Assembly (NCBI GenBank): GCA_020348445.1
Contig: CP070751.1
Span: 222,006 to 286,005 of the forward strand
Direction: 5' to 3'
DNA: 64,000 bases
From: Thermoplasmata archaeon
Lineage (GTDB): Archaea > Thermoplasmatota > Thermoplasmata > GCA-020350865
The position numbers were made by a program, and so were the translations under genes. The notes beneath the pieces are model-generated. The model did no database searches and was not told where the DNA came from. It saw only the letters and a program-made list of their open reading frames with translations. Shown here piece after piece: positions 37,033-47,284 of this stretch (the stretch's first letter is position 1; each line of letters begins with the position of its first letter).

Positions 37033-38313
37033 TTATGGTTTTTGATTGTCCATACGTTCTTTGGGTTCTTTTTCTGATACCACATCGTCTTTCTTTCTGA
37101 AGAAGATATAAAAGGCTGCTGTTCCAACAACATAGAGACCAGCAGTGATAAAGAATGGGAGCTGCAGGTTCATTTCGAACAAATAACCTGCAATCAATGG
37201 AGTAAGTGCCCTTGTCCCGTTGAAGCTGAAATTGACGCTGCTTAAAGTGAAGCTCCTATGCTCATCTGGCATTTGACTTAGGGAGTAGGACTGGGATACA
37301 GGCCAGGTCATATTCATGAGAATCATACGGGTCATATAAGGGATGGTAACAAAGAGAAAGTTCGGGGATACAGGAATCCCGAGCAAAGCGATTATCGCGG
37401 CAACCTGGACAGTTGTAATGGCCCTGACGCTGCCTCTTTTTTCGGCGATATTTGGCATTACCAGGTATGAAAACGCCCATATATATTGCGTGACAGACCA
37501 TAATATACCGATGTCCTCCACTCTTGTGTCGAAGCGCCATTGGAACCAGACCTGGAAAAACGGTACTATAAGGCCAGCTCCTAGACCAAATAGCGCCATT
37601 GGAATGCACAACTTAACGAGGGTGAGCTTGGGTAATTCTGGTTTATCATTGTCCTTTTGGACGTCCTCGATTGGGCCATCCTTCTCCTCGAAAGATGTTT
37701 TCTTAGTGAGAACGATGGGAACAAGCTGATACAAGGTGAAGGCAAGGCCTATGAAAAACACCAATCTATAACCGTTTTGAACTGTCACACCAAAAAAATT
37801 GCTGAGGGCCTCGGGCATGAATCCATAGAAAAGCACGGCTGAAGCAGAGGCAAGCATGCTGGCAAACATCTGAAATCCAAAAAGAAACTTACAGCGCTTC
37901 ATCTCTGTCTTCTCTGATAGAAAACTCATAAACGCGGGTATGTAAAGTGCATGACCAAAACCCCAAACTGCTGCACCTACATAGAATTCTGAAAGGGTAT
38001 TAGCTTGGATTAGCAACCATATTCCTGCAGAATATATACAAATGCCCAAGAAGATCATTTTCCTTCTTCCGAAACGGTCACCCAGATAGCCTGCCGGAAG
38101 TAGTGGCAATACCTGAAAAATACTCATGATAAATATTAGAGTTCCAATTTCTGATCTTGAATATTCAAGATGATTGACATAAAGCGTAAGCAGAAACCAG
38201 AGGGTGGCATCGCCTACAGCAGAAAGAAATGAGGCGTAAATCAGCTTCTTAGCGTCTGGTTCGAAGCCACGAAAGTCTTTGAAAAACTCCCCTACCCTGC
38301 TCGCCATGTCCAT
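37033..38313 (-). CDS. MFS transporter
   Basis: About 12 TM segments; motif A GYLGDRFGRRK. Confidence 0.9.
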   Translation of the reverse strand: MDMASRVGEFFKDFRGFEPDAKKLIYASFLSAVGDATLWFLLTLYVNHLEYSRSEIGTLIFIMSIFQVLPLLPAGYLGDRFGRRKMIFLGICIYSAGIWLLIQANTLSEFYVGAAVWGFGHALYIPAFMSFLSEKTEMKRCKFLFGFQMFASMLASASAVLFYGFMPEALSNFFGVTVQNGYRLVFFIGLAFTLYQLVPIVLTKKTSFEEKDGPIEDVQKDNDKPELPKLTLVKLCIPMALFGLGAGLIVPFFQVWFQWRFDTRVEDIGILWSVTQYIWAFSYLVMPNIAEKRGSVRAITTVQVAAIIALLGIPVSPNFLFVTIPYMTRMILMNMTWPVSQSYSLSQMPDEHRSFTLSSVNFSFNGTRALTPLIAGYLFEMNLQLPFFITAGLYVVGTAAFYIFFRKKDDVVSEKEPKERMDNQKP

Positions 38314-38355
38314 GGGGTAAAATGTAATGACTAATTAAGGTTAGCCAAGAGAAAA

Positions 38356-39252
38356 TCAAAGTGACTTCGTGAACTCCTCCTTTTTTAGAAGAAGCTCCCA
38401 CTCCTTGTCTATATCTTTTTGGAATTTTTCCACCATATCAGATGGCATGTGTTTGAATCGCCCCTGAATCTTGAGATATTCTGTGATGGGTTTCTTTTTA
38501 GGCTTCTTGGAAATATTGTAAACTCCGTTTTCCACTTCATACAGAGGAAAAGCACAGGTCTGCACCGCAAGCTTCGCAACCTCCACGGATTTTCCCGGGG
38601 GCATTCTCCATCCTGTTGGACAGGGGGCAAATACATGAATGTACTTCGGGCCTTTGATTCCTTTTGCCTTCGTCACCTTCTTAATAAGGTCCTCAGGGTA
38701 GCCAACTGAAGCTGTGGCTGTGTAGGGAATTTTATGGGCAACCATTATCTCCACCATGTTCTTCTTGGGTCCTTTCTTCCAGGCTTGTGTGTCGCCAACA
38801 GGTGTTGTGGTGGTCCATGCCCCTTCAGGGGTTCCAGAACTTCTCTGAATTCCGGTGTTCATGTAAGCTTCATTGTCATAGCAGACATAGATGAAATCAT
38901 GTCCCCTTTCAACTGCTCCGGACAGGGCCTGTATTCCAATATCAAGCGTACCTCCATCGCCTGCCCAACCAAGGACATTCACATCCTCGATTTCAAGTGC
39001 GTCTAGGGCCGCTCTTATTCCGGAGATCGAAGCACCTGTAACCTCGAAGGCGGTATTGACCATGGGAACTCGAAGGCAGGTATTTGGGAAGATACCGCTT
39101 AGAATGGCCCAGCAGCAAGCAGGAACGCTGACGATGGTTCTCTTACCAAGGCCCTTAAGAACATACCTCATGGCCAGGGCGCCTCCACAGCCAAGGCATC
39201 CCATGTGCCCAGGGATCATTAATTCCTCTTCAGGTATTGTGAGCTTTGCCAT
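38356..39252 (-). CDS. porB: Pyruvate/2-oxoacid:ferredoxin oxidoreductase beta subunit
   Basis: GHMGCLGC, GDGGT, YDNEAYMNTGIQRS and CPTGW motifs. Confidence 0.93.
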   Translation of the reverse strand: MAKLTIPEEELMIPGHMGCLGCGGALAMRYVLKGLGKRTIVSVPACCWAILSGIFPNTCLRVPMVNTAFEVTGASISGIRAALDALEIEDVNVLGWAGDGGTLDIGIQALSGAVERGHDFIYVCYDNEAYMNTGIQRSSGTPEGAWTTTTPVGDTQAWKKGPKKNMVEIMVAHKIPYTATASVGYPEDLIKKVTKAKGIKGPKYIHVFAPCPTGWRMPPGKSVEVAKLAVQTCAFPLYEVENGVYNISKKPKKKPITEYLKIQGRFKHMPSDMVEKFQKDIDKEWELLLKKEEFTKSL

Positions 39253-40440
39253 CTAGTCACCCCCTTCCTTTAGTTCGATCCATTCGATCTCCTGGTCAAG
39301 CTCTCCCTTGTCCTTGAGACTTATGGCATTGTTCAGAATTCCCGAAACGGTGTCTGGTGTTACATCCCTGCCTCCAATCCCAACAACATAATTCTTAATA
39401 AGTGGCTTGTCAGGAACGTTGTACAAGGCTCCCGCGGTTTCTGCAAAGAAGGCCCCGCCATAACCAAAGGAATAGCTCCTGTCAAGCACACCAATAACAT
39501 CCACGCTCTCTGCCAGCTCCCTTACCTCTTTCACTGGAAACGGTCTGAAAACCCTCAGCCTGGCCAGACCCACTTTTACTCCCTTGTCTCGATACCAATC
39601 CACAACCTCTCTAATGGTTGAGGCCATGGTACCAGCTGCAATCAAAACAACCTCTGCATCGTCGCAACGGTATGTATCTAAAAGACCGCCGTGGCTTCTT
39701 CCAAATATCTTTTTGAATTCTGCTTCAGTCTCGAGGATTTTCTCCCTAGCTTTTTCCATGGACAAGGAAATCTGGTATCTCCATTCCATGTAGAACTGAT
39801 GCGGAAAGGATAATGAGCCAAATAGATGGGGATCTTCAACATCGAACTTGTACGGCGGGTCAAATGAAGGAAGGAATTTGTCCACCTCATCCTGATCTGG
39901 AATGTCCACAGTCTCGTAGGTGTGTGATAGATAGAACGCATCCAGTGTCAGAAATGAAGGTAAAAGCACATCCCTGCTTTCTCCAACCTTATAGGCCGTG
40001 ATTATGGTATCAAGGACCTCCTGATTACTTTCACAGTAGTACTGGATCCAGCCAGTATCCCTCTGTGCCACTGAATCCAGATGATCTGCCCAAACACTCC
40101 AGGGTGGTGCCATGGCTCTGTTGACATTCGTCATCAAAACAGGGGTCCTGGCCCCAGAGGCCCAAATCAGCATCTCATGCATTAGTGTAAGCCCGTGAGC
40201 CGATGTTGCTGTAAAGGTTCTGGCTCCTGTCTGAGATGCTGTGATGCATGCCGCCATTGCAGAATGTTCGCTTTCAACCTTGATATACTGGGCTTCCATC
40301 TCTCCTGATGCCACGAACTCGGCGATTTTTTCCACAACACTTGTTTGTGGGGTAATGGGATATGCAGCTATAACTTGGGCCCTGGCCAATTTTGCACCGT
40401 AAGAGGATGCGTAGTTGCCTGTAATTACCTTTTTAACCAA
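39253..40440 (-). CDS. porA: Pyruvate/2-oxoacid:ferredoxin oxidoreductase alpha subunit
   Basis: AAYPITPQT, ESEHSA and RVFRPFP motifs. Confidence 0.93.
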   Translation of the reverse strand: MVKKVITGNYASSYGAKLARAQVIAAYPITPQTSVVEKIAEFVASGEMEAQYIKVESEHSAMAACITASQTGARTFTATSAHGLTLMHEMLIWASGARTPVLMTNVNRAMAPPWSVWADHLDSVAQRDTGWIQYYCESNQEVLDTIITAYKVGESRDVLLPSFLTLDAFYLSHTYETVDIPDQDEVDKFLPSFDPPYKFDVEDPHLFGSLSFPHQFYMEWRYQISLSMEKAREKILETEAEFKKIFGRSHGGLLDTYRCDDAEVVLIAAGTMASTIREVVDWYRDKGVKVGLARLRVFRPFPVKEVRELAESVDVIGVLDRSYSFGYGGAFFAETAGALYNVPDKPLIKNYVVGIGGRDVTPDTVSGILNNAISLKDKGELDQEIEWIELKEGGD

Positions 40441-40459
40441 TTAGATGCCTCCATAAGAG

Positions 40460-40744
40460 TTAATCCTCAATTGATTCCTCCACCATCTCGATGGCCTCTT
40501 TTGGACATTCGTTGGCACAGATGGCGCAACCTTTGCAGTGATCATAATCGATCTTCGGAACCTCTTTTAATTCATCATCGACGTCAATTGCGGCTTCTGG
40601 GCAGAATTTCCAGCAGATATAGCATTTATTGCATTTTTCCTCATCCAATATCGGTTTGTAGGTCCTCCATCCGCCTGTCATGTTCACCAAAGTGGTATCC
40701 CAGGTCATGGGAACACAGGGCAGGTCCTTATAACCCTTGAACAT
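40460..40744 (-). CDS. porD: 2-oxoacid:ferredoxin oxidoreductase delta subunit (2x[4Fe-4S])
   Basis: TGGWRT, CNKCYICWKFCP and CKGCAICANECP motifs. Confidence 0.93.
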   Translation of the reverse strand: MFKGYKDLPCVPMTWDTTLVNMTGGWRTYKPILDEEKCNKCYICWKFCPEAAIDVDDELKEVPKIDYDHCKGCAICANECPKEAIEMVEESIED

Positions 40745-41299
40745 CTATTCTCCCCCCATTAATACGCTTTCATAGGCCTCTTTTGCAGCCTCGGCATTTT
40801 CGTCTTTCTTGGCTGGAGCACTGTCGAGGATGCTTTCAACCAGTGATTCGATTTTTACAATCCCAGTGGCCTTGGCAAAGGCACCCAAAATGGCGGTATT
40901 CACAATCGGTGCTTCCCTGGAACCCAGGCCGTGCTTTACTGCAATTGCAGTTGCGTCCACGGTGGCGATTTTCCCTTTGATCCCATGAACCTCCTGGGGT
41001 TTTTTATCGGTGTTTATAAGGACCAAACCTCCCGCTTTTAGACCCTGTGTTACATCCACGGCCTTCAGAAGCGAGGCATCCATTACGATGACATGATCGG
41101 GCTCGTAGATCTGGGACTTTATCCTAACTGGTTTATCGTCCAATTTCGTGAATGCGGTCACTGGGGCTCCTCTTCTTTCTACTCCAAAGTATGGGAAGGC
41201 CTGAACGTCCTTGCCTTCTCTGAATGCCGCCATGGCCAGAAGATTGGAGGCAACGACGGCGCCTTGTCCTCCCCTACCGTGAAACCTAATTTCGATCAT
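40745..41299 (-). CDS. porG: 2-oxoacid:ferredoxin oxidoreductase gamma subunit
   Basis: [22 protein letters not shown] and NTAILGA motifs. Confidence 0.94.
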
Positions 41300-41533
41300 C
41301 CAGCAGTATTCCCCCCTTTTTCGATGGGGGTATAGTCGAAGTAACTAAATAGTTTTCGTGTGGTAACCATTGATTGGAGGGCCAGATAAAGGTTTCTGTG
41401 GCATGGATTAAAAACCGAAAATATTCTATTCATTTATTCAGAGTAATACATTTTACATACCATTTGTAATTTAGTATATATTGGGTTCTCATATAAAGAA
41501 AAACATAGTTGTTGAAGTTTCTAACGATAATTA

Positions 41534-42274
41534 CTATTTCTTACCCATTAACATAAAACCTTTTGCCCACAAAAGATGTAACCAAGTTGCCCCCTTTGTA
41601 AAACTATTAACATGAATTCTTTCCATGAAGGGGGTAAAGCTATAGGGTCTTATTGTAACATCAGAAACACCAAGATCTCTCAATCTATTTCTAACAAAAT
41701 ATGGATTTACAGGACTTTCATCTATCTCTCCTTTCATTCGGTTTTCTTTCCAACATCTATATAAAATCCTTGGATTAGCACCATTATTAAAGTCCAAAAC
41801 AAAAATCCACCCCTTCTTTTTAAGAATTCTATTGAGTTCTTTTAAAACCTGATATTGATCATTCACATGACTTAGCGACTCTATTACGATTACACCATCA
41901 AAACTCCTATCTGGGAAATCTATCTGGGTTGCATCACCAACAATCCCTTTTATATTTCCGAGATTGAATAATTCAATGATCGCATTCATACTATCAATCT
42001 TAGTTTTCATAATATCTATACCAAGAATAGTATCAACTTCTTTGCACATATCTGCCATATAAATCTCATTTAAGCCATGCCCACACCCTATGCTGATGAC
42101 CTTTCCTTTTGGATTAGTAAAATGACATATATCTTGAATATATTGTTCAAATTTCCTAATTGTGTGGTTTTTATAATAACTCCAAAAATATTCATCAATT
42201 GAATCAGTATGCCGATTTAGTAGGGTAAAAACATCCTTTCCTCTAAGTTGATCTAATTCGTAATATGCTTTCAT
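41534..42274 (-). CDS. Class I SAM-dependent methyltransferase
   Basis: ISIGCGHG, GDATQIDFPDRSFD and LSH...VLKELNRILKKKG motifs. Confidence 0.88.
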   Translation of the reverse strand: MKAYYELDQLRGKDVFTLLNRHTDSIDEYFWSYYKNHTIRKFEQYIQDICHFTNPKGKVISIGCGHGLNEIYMADMCKEVDTILGIDIMKTKIDSMNAIIELFNLGNIKGIVGDATQIDFPDRSFDGVIVIESLSHVNDQYQVLKELNRILKKKGWIFVLDFNNGANPRILYRCWKENRMKGEIDESPVNPYFVRNRLRDLGVSDVTIRPYSFTPFMERIHVNSFTKGATWLHLLWAKGFMLMGKK

Positions 42275-42434
42275 GGTTTTATCCAGCTAAAAATATCCGT
42301 ATGGTATCTATACTAAATTATCTGTCAAAATATTTGGAATTGATAATTTTAAAATCATTAAATCGGACAGAGAGAATTATTTAATATTTGTCGAATGCTC
42401 AAAATATTTATACCCAAAGGCTTATTTAACAAAG

Positions 42435-43361
42435 ATGAGCAACACAGAAGCCACCACAATCATCGACATTTTTCGGGTAATTCTCGGTATTGCCCTTCTG
42501 TGTTTTGCATCCTATACTGATCTTAAGACTAGACGAGTAAAAAACGAGGTATGGATGCTAATGGGATTATGCGGTGCTATTTTGCTTATAATCCAGATGT
42601 TTTTTGAAAAAAAGGCCTGGGAGTACTACTTGATTTTCTTGCCAGTGGGTATTCTTTTCGGCTCCATGTTTTTCGAGCACGAGCCTCTTTACGATACCGA
42701 GAAAAAGAAGTTTAATTTCATATTGTTTGCGTTGTATATAATCGGGATTTTAGCGTTATTTTACCAAATTTATGCATTATGGGGGGAAAACTATTTCTTT
42801 CGATTGCTAATCATTCCTGTTCTGATCATATTTTTCTTTATTCTTTATCAGATGGGTGTTCTACATGGCGGGGCTGATACCAAGGCCATGATGGCAATTG
42901 CTATTTTGACGCCCTTTTACACGCATTTCTTTGGATTCCCCATCCTCCATTTCTCATCTGAGAGACTTGCAGAAGCAATGGAACTATTCTTTCCCTTTGC
43001 CTTTTTGGTCCTGATGAACTCCGTGCTTTTTGTGGTGTGGGCACTTCTGGCATTTCTTGTTCTCAACACTGCAAAAAGGGATACTGCCTTTCCAGAGATG
43101 CTCCTCGGCTACAAGATGGATATAGAGGAGGTCGGGAAAAAATTCGTATGGTCTATGGAAAGGATAGTGGATGGGGAGAGGGTTATTGTGTTATTTCCAA
43201 AGAGGCACGATAAGGATAGCCTCGAGAAACTGAAGGAAATGGGTGTAAAAAGGATATGGGTAACTCCCAAAATCCCGTTTATCGTTTTTATTATGGCTGG
43301 TTTTATAATTTCTGCATTTTTGGGAAACATATTTGCGGCGATGCTGGGGCTACTCGGCTGA
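42435..43361 (+). CDS. Archaeal prepilin/preflagellin peptidase (A24, FlaK/PibD-like)
   Basis: ASYTDLKTRRV and GGADTKA aspartate motifs; C-terminal IWVTPKIPF. Confidence 0.92.
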   Translation: MSNTEATTIIDIFRVILGIALLCFASYTDLKTRRVKNEVWMLMGLCGAILLIIQMFFEKKAWEYYLIFLPVGILFGSMFFEHEPLYDTEKKKFNFILFALYIIGILALFYQIYALWGENYFFRLLIIPVLIIFFFILYQMGVLHGGADTKAMMAIAILTPFYTHFFGFPILHFSSERLAEAMELFFPFAFLVLMNSVLFVVWALLAFLVLNTAKRDTAFPEMLLGYKMDIEEVGKKFVWSMERIVDGERVIVLFPKRHDKDSLEKLKEMGVKRIWVTPKIPFIVFIMAGFIISAFLGNIFAAMLGLLG

Positions 43362-43406
43362 GAGTAACTAGTAAAAGAAAAGATTTAAAAAAATGGAGAA
43401 AAGCAT

Positions 43407-45428
43407 ATGCATGCTATTATAAGAGCGCCATATGTGCTAATAACGAAGGTCTTCACAGAGATAAAGTCCATCCTTGGGAGCTTCAGGCTCAGTATTATGG
43501 CTATTTCAAAGAGAGATTGGTTGATTATAATTTCATTATTTATTATCGTTTTATTTCCGAGGGGTCTGATGTTGGGCCGATGGACATATATTGAAGGGAC
43601 TACCTGGATTGAAAGAAGCGATAACTTCAGAGGGGGATTAATAAGTGGTAATTTTGAAGAAACTTATCAAATGACCCATCCCGGAGTAACTACGATGTGG
43701 ATTTCCACAATATTCTATTCACTAGGGGTAATAATCACTGGTAATAACCTCTCATCTGTTGATATCCTGGTAATTGAACAGATGGGCCATGTTCTTGTAG
43801 TTTCGATGTTGACAATTCTAATTTATGCTTTGTTAGTTAAAGTTTTCAATAGGACTGTTGCGATTCTCTCAATACTTTTTATTGCATTCGATCCATATCA
43901 CATATTACTATCCCGTCTCATTTATCATGAAGCCTTGGTTGCTAGTTTTCTAATGATCAGTATCCTAACAATTTATTTATATTTAAAAGATGGAAAAACC
44001 AAAGGATATCTGGTGTTATCTGGTATGTCTGCAGGTTTAGCGTTTCTTTCAAAGATAACCACGTTCCTTTTAATTCCCTTTATTCCTTTGCTCATTCTCA
44101 TTTTTCGTATGAATCTGTTTTCTAAGAGAAGGAATATAAAAAAGAAAAATATAAAGAAGGTAATAAAAGAAATTGTAATATGGATTTTATGCGCCTTTTT
44201 TATCTTTTTTGTATTATGGCCTGCTATGTGGGTATCCCCGCAAAATACGGTATCAAAGTTGGGTTCTGCCTCGGTAGGTGTAATGTCGGGTTCCCTTTAT
44301 GTATATAATGAAACACTGTCAACCCCCTCAATTTTCTATTATTTCACACGTCTACCATTTTTAATAACTCCCATCGTTCTCATTTATGCAGTTGTAACAT
44401 TCTTATATTTATTGATATCACTTAAAAAGAAAAAAAATTCATTTGGCCTGATTCCAGCATTAATTATATTGATATTTACGCTTTATTTCGTGACAATAAT
44501 GTCATTTTCACCAAAGAAAACAACATGGTATATTCTCATATATAATGTCGTTATGGATGTGGTTGCAGGTTTAGGTCTGTATTTATGTGTGGGCTATATA
44601 TTCTCAAACCTCAAGTCAATCTACACTCATCTCAACTCTTTTATAAGTAGCAAGAAAGTACAAAAAATCTTTGCATTGTCGTTAATATTTCTATCCATTA
44701 CTCCTCAAGTCTATTCATCGTTGCCATTATGTCCGTATTACTCGCTTTACCATAATCCAATAAAGGCCACCTTTTTTGGGACAGGGGAAGAGTATTATGG
44801 GGGTAATGGTGAAGGTCTTGGTGATGCCGCAAGATATCTTAACAAAAAAGAAGATGCAAGAAATTTGACAGTTGCATTAGGAGAGGGATGGGTAAGCAAC
44901 CTTGACATTTTTTTTGATGGAAACACTACAACTGTAGAAAATGCAATGTCTCCAAATACAGATTATATCATTTTTTATAGGAAACAGTATTTGAGAGGTT
45001 ATGATCCTGAGCTAGTACATAATTATATTGAAACAATGGAAGCTGAGTATATCGTGCGCATCCGAGGGATGATATTTGTTTGGATTTATCCAAGGTCTAC
45101 TATATCTTTCTCAAATAGAGATATTTCTGTTTCTAATCGGAACCCATTAGCTGGTGAAAATGTAACGATAACAGTTCTAATACAAAACTTAGGTGACGAG
45201 AGCGAAACTGCAATAGTCAGAATATATGATGGTGATCCAAACGAAGGAGGTGAAGTTCTGGCTCAAGATATTACCATTACGATAGATCCTTATAAAAGCT
45301 CTACCGTCTCCACAATTTGGAATGCCACACCTGGGCAACATAAAATATTTATCACGGCGGAGAACGTCGACCCTATAAAAGCGGTAACTTCATTCGATAA
45401 TGCTGAAATAGAACTAGATGTTAAATAA
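43407..45428 (+). CDS. GT-C fold (ArnT/PMT, GT39/83-like) membrane glycosyltransferase with C-terminal CARDB-like Ig domain
   Basis: HPGVTTMW, DPYHILLSR...EAL and GLAFLSK motifs; many TM segments; tail NPLAGENVTITVLIQNLG...WNATPGQHKI. Confidence 0.8.
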   Translation: MHAIIRAPYVLITKVFTEIKSILGSFRLSIMAISKRDWLIIISLFIIVLFPRGLMLGRWTYIEGTTWIERSDNFRGGLISGNFEETYQMTHPGVTTMWISTIFYSLGVIITGNNLSSVDILVIEQMGHVLVVSMLTILIYALLVKVFNRTVAILSILFIAFDPYHILLSRLIYHEALVASFLMISILTIYLYLKDGKTKGYLVLSGMSAGLAFLSKITTFLLIPFIPLLILIFRMNLFSKRRNIKKKNIKKVIKEIVIWILCAFFIFFVLWPAMWVSPQNTVSKLGSASVGVMSGSLYVYNETLSTPSIFYYFTRLPFLITPIVLIYAVVTFLYLLISLKKKKNSFGLIPALIILIFTLYFVTIMSFSPKKTTWYILIYNVVMDVVAGLGLYLCVGYIFSNLKSIYTHLNSFISSKKVQKIFALSLIFLSITPQVYSSLPLCPYYSLYHNPIKATFFGTGEEYYGGNGEGLGDAARYLNKKEDARNLTVALGEGWVSNLDIFFDGNTTTVENAMSPNTDYIIFYRKQYLRGYDPELVHNYIETMEAEYIVRIRGMIFVWIYPRSTISFSNRDISVSNRNPLAGENVTITVLIQNLGDESETAIVRIYDGDPNEGGEVLAQDITITIDPYKSSTVSTIWNATPGQHKIFITAENVDPIKAVTSFDNAEIELDVK

Positions 45429-45436
45429 TCCATAAT

Positions 45437-45694
45437 TTGATGAATTTTAACTCCTATTTGATGCAATTTTATCCGAACTTTTTTGGAATTTTCATCCTTC
45501 AGTCCTCACCGGCGAGGCTTGCCGAAGCAATGGAGTTATTCTTTCCCTTTTCCTTTTTAGTCCTGATGAACTCCGTGTTCTTTGGGATATGGGTAACTCC
45601 GAAGATACCGTTTATGGTGTTTATTATGGCTGGTTTTATTATCTCAGCATTTTTGGGGAACATATTTGGGGCGATGTTTAGCCTTCTCGATTGA
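45437..45694 (+). pseudogene. Truncated, internally deleted duplicate of the prepilin peptidase 3' end
   Basis: RLAEAMELFFPF.FLVLMNSV and IWVTPKIPF.VFIMAGFIISAFLGNIF match 42435-43361, with 73 codons missing between them. Confidence 0.85.
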
Positions 45695-45799
45695 AGGTAA
45701 TGAGTAAAAGGCAAGTTTTCGGGAAATCAAACCAGGATATCAGAAATAACCACAGGAAAAAGGTTATTTAAGATAATCTCGATAAGACGCCCGGTTCCG

Positions 45800-46765
45800 A
45801 TGAGCAACGAAGATGGGAATATAAGCTACTCAGTGGTAATACCAGTATTCAACGAGAAGCCGAACATCTTACCGTTATACAGGGAACTGAAACCAGTAAT
45901 GGAGAAAATCGGTAAGAAATATGAGATCCTGTTCATCGACGACGGAAGCAAAGATGGCACCTATTTCGTGATAAAAAGGTTGCATGACAAGGACAAGAAA
46001 GTCAAGGCTATAAGACTGAGAAAGAATTTCGGACAGACCGCGGCTATCTCTGCTGGATTCGATCATGCGAAAGGGGAAGTAATAATTACAATGGATGGGG
46101 ATTTGCAAAATGATCCCAGAGACATTCCCAGATTACTTTCAAAGCTCAACCAGGGCTATGATGTTGTATCAGGCTGGAGATATAATCGAAAGGATCCAGG
46201 ACTATCAAAAAAAATCCCCTCAAAGATATCCAATAGACTTGCCAGCAGAATGACAGGCCTAAAATTGCACGACTACGGCTGCACACTTAAGGCATACCGC
46301 AAATCAGCACTTTCGGACTTGAAACTGTATGGAGAGATGCACAGATACATCCCAGCGGTATTGCACTGGCAAGGATTTAAGGTAGCCGAAATCAAGGTAA
46401 GACATCATCCCAGGACCAAGGGCCAGACAAAATATGGTGCTAAAAGGCTTTTTCGTGGGCTATTTGACCTATTCAACTTTAAATTTTGGTCTGGATACTC
46501 CACAAGACCTCTGCACTTCTTTGGAGGCATAGGAATAGTGTCTTTTCTTGCGGGATTCTTTATTAGCCTTTATCTTGTGATATTGAGATTTCTATATAAT
46601 ACCCCATTGGAAGATAGACCCCTTCTGCTTCTGGGAGCTCTTTTCATAATATTGGGAATACAATTGATCATGTTCGGTTTCTTGGGAGAGATGATAGTCC
46701 GGGTATATTACGATAAAACCGGGAGAAAGACATACGTCCTGGCTGAAGAATTGGGGAAAGAATGA
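45800..46765 (+). CDS. GT2 polyprenol-phosphate glycosyltransferase (ArnC/DPM-synthase-like)
   Basis: SVVIPVFNE, DDGSKD, RKNFGQTAA, MDGDLQNDP and two C-terminal TM segments. Confidence 0.93.
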   Translation: MSNEDGNISYSVVIPVFNEKPNILPLYRELKPVMEKIGKKYEILFIDDGSKDGTYFVIKRLHDKDKKVKAIRLRKNFGQTAAISAGFDHAKGEVIITMDGDLQNDPRDIPRLLSKLNQGYDVVSGWRYNRKDPGLSKKIPSKISNRLASRMTGLKLHDYGCTLKAYRKSALSDLKLYGEMHRYIPAVLHWQGFKVAEIKVRHHPRTKGQTKYGAKRLFRGLFDLFNFKFWSGYSTRPLHFFGGIGIVSFLAGFFISLYLVILRFLYNTPLEDRPLLLLGALFIILGIQLIMFGFLGEMIVRVYYDKTGRKTYVLAEELGKE

Positions 46766-46795
46766 CTGACCTTATCCAGAAAGCGAGGCCATCCA

Positions 46796-47284
46796 ATGAA
46801 AAAAATAATAACAGATTTTTCCAAATATACTTTGATAGGGGTAATAATATCCATAATGATAATTTTCTTTACCTGGTTATTAATTGACATTATCCATATA
46901 CATACATTTATCGCTACTGCATCTGTAGTTGTGGTCTTCCATGTAATTAAATTTCTTCTCTACAGAGGTAGCAATTTGTTCGATAGAGAAATGATGGGTA
47001 GAACTCAGTTTATATTATATACCATAATTGTTGTCTTTTCATCAATTTTACATATTCTGTTGGTTTGGTATTTAGTTGACATGGCACACTTACCCACCCT
47101 ATTCAGCGTAACTGTAGTCATTGCAGGATTGTTTGTGATGAGGTTTGTATTGTTCAAGTCTTTGCATCTGATTGGAAATAATTTAAAAAAAGAGAAGAAT
47201 CTATATAAAGATTTAAACCACAAAACATTAATATTATCATGGCCTCTTTTAATGGAAGAGAAATGGAGAAGAAAAAAGCTTTAG
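46796..47284 (+). CDS. GtrA-like small membrane protein (lipid-linked sugar translocase family)
   Basis: Four TM segments, FSKY..IG pattern, directly after the GT2; C-terminus runs into the next gene. Confidence 0.7.
   Translation: MKKIITDFSKYTLIGVIISIMIIFFTWLLIDIIHIHTFIATASVVVVFHVIKFLLYRGSNLFDREMMGRTQFILYTIIVVFSSILHILLVWYLVDMAHLPTLFSVTVVIAGLFVMRFVLFKSLHLIGNNLKKEKNLYKDLNHKTLILSWPLLMEEKWRRKKL

Noticed and set aside
17655-41370. Shared 8-mer GTAACCAT/ATGGTTAC upstream of the pyr and por operons
   Set aside because: About two chance occurrences of an 8-mer are expected in 64 kb on both strands.
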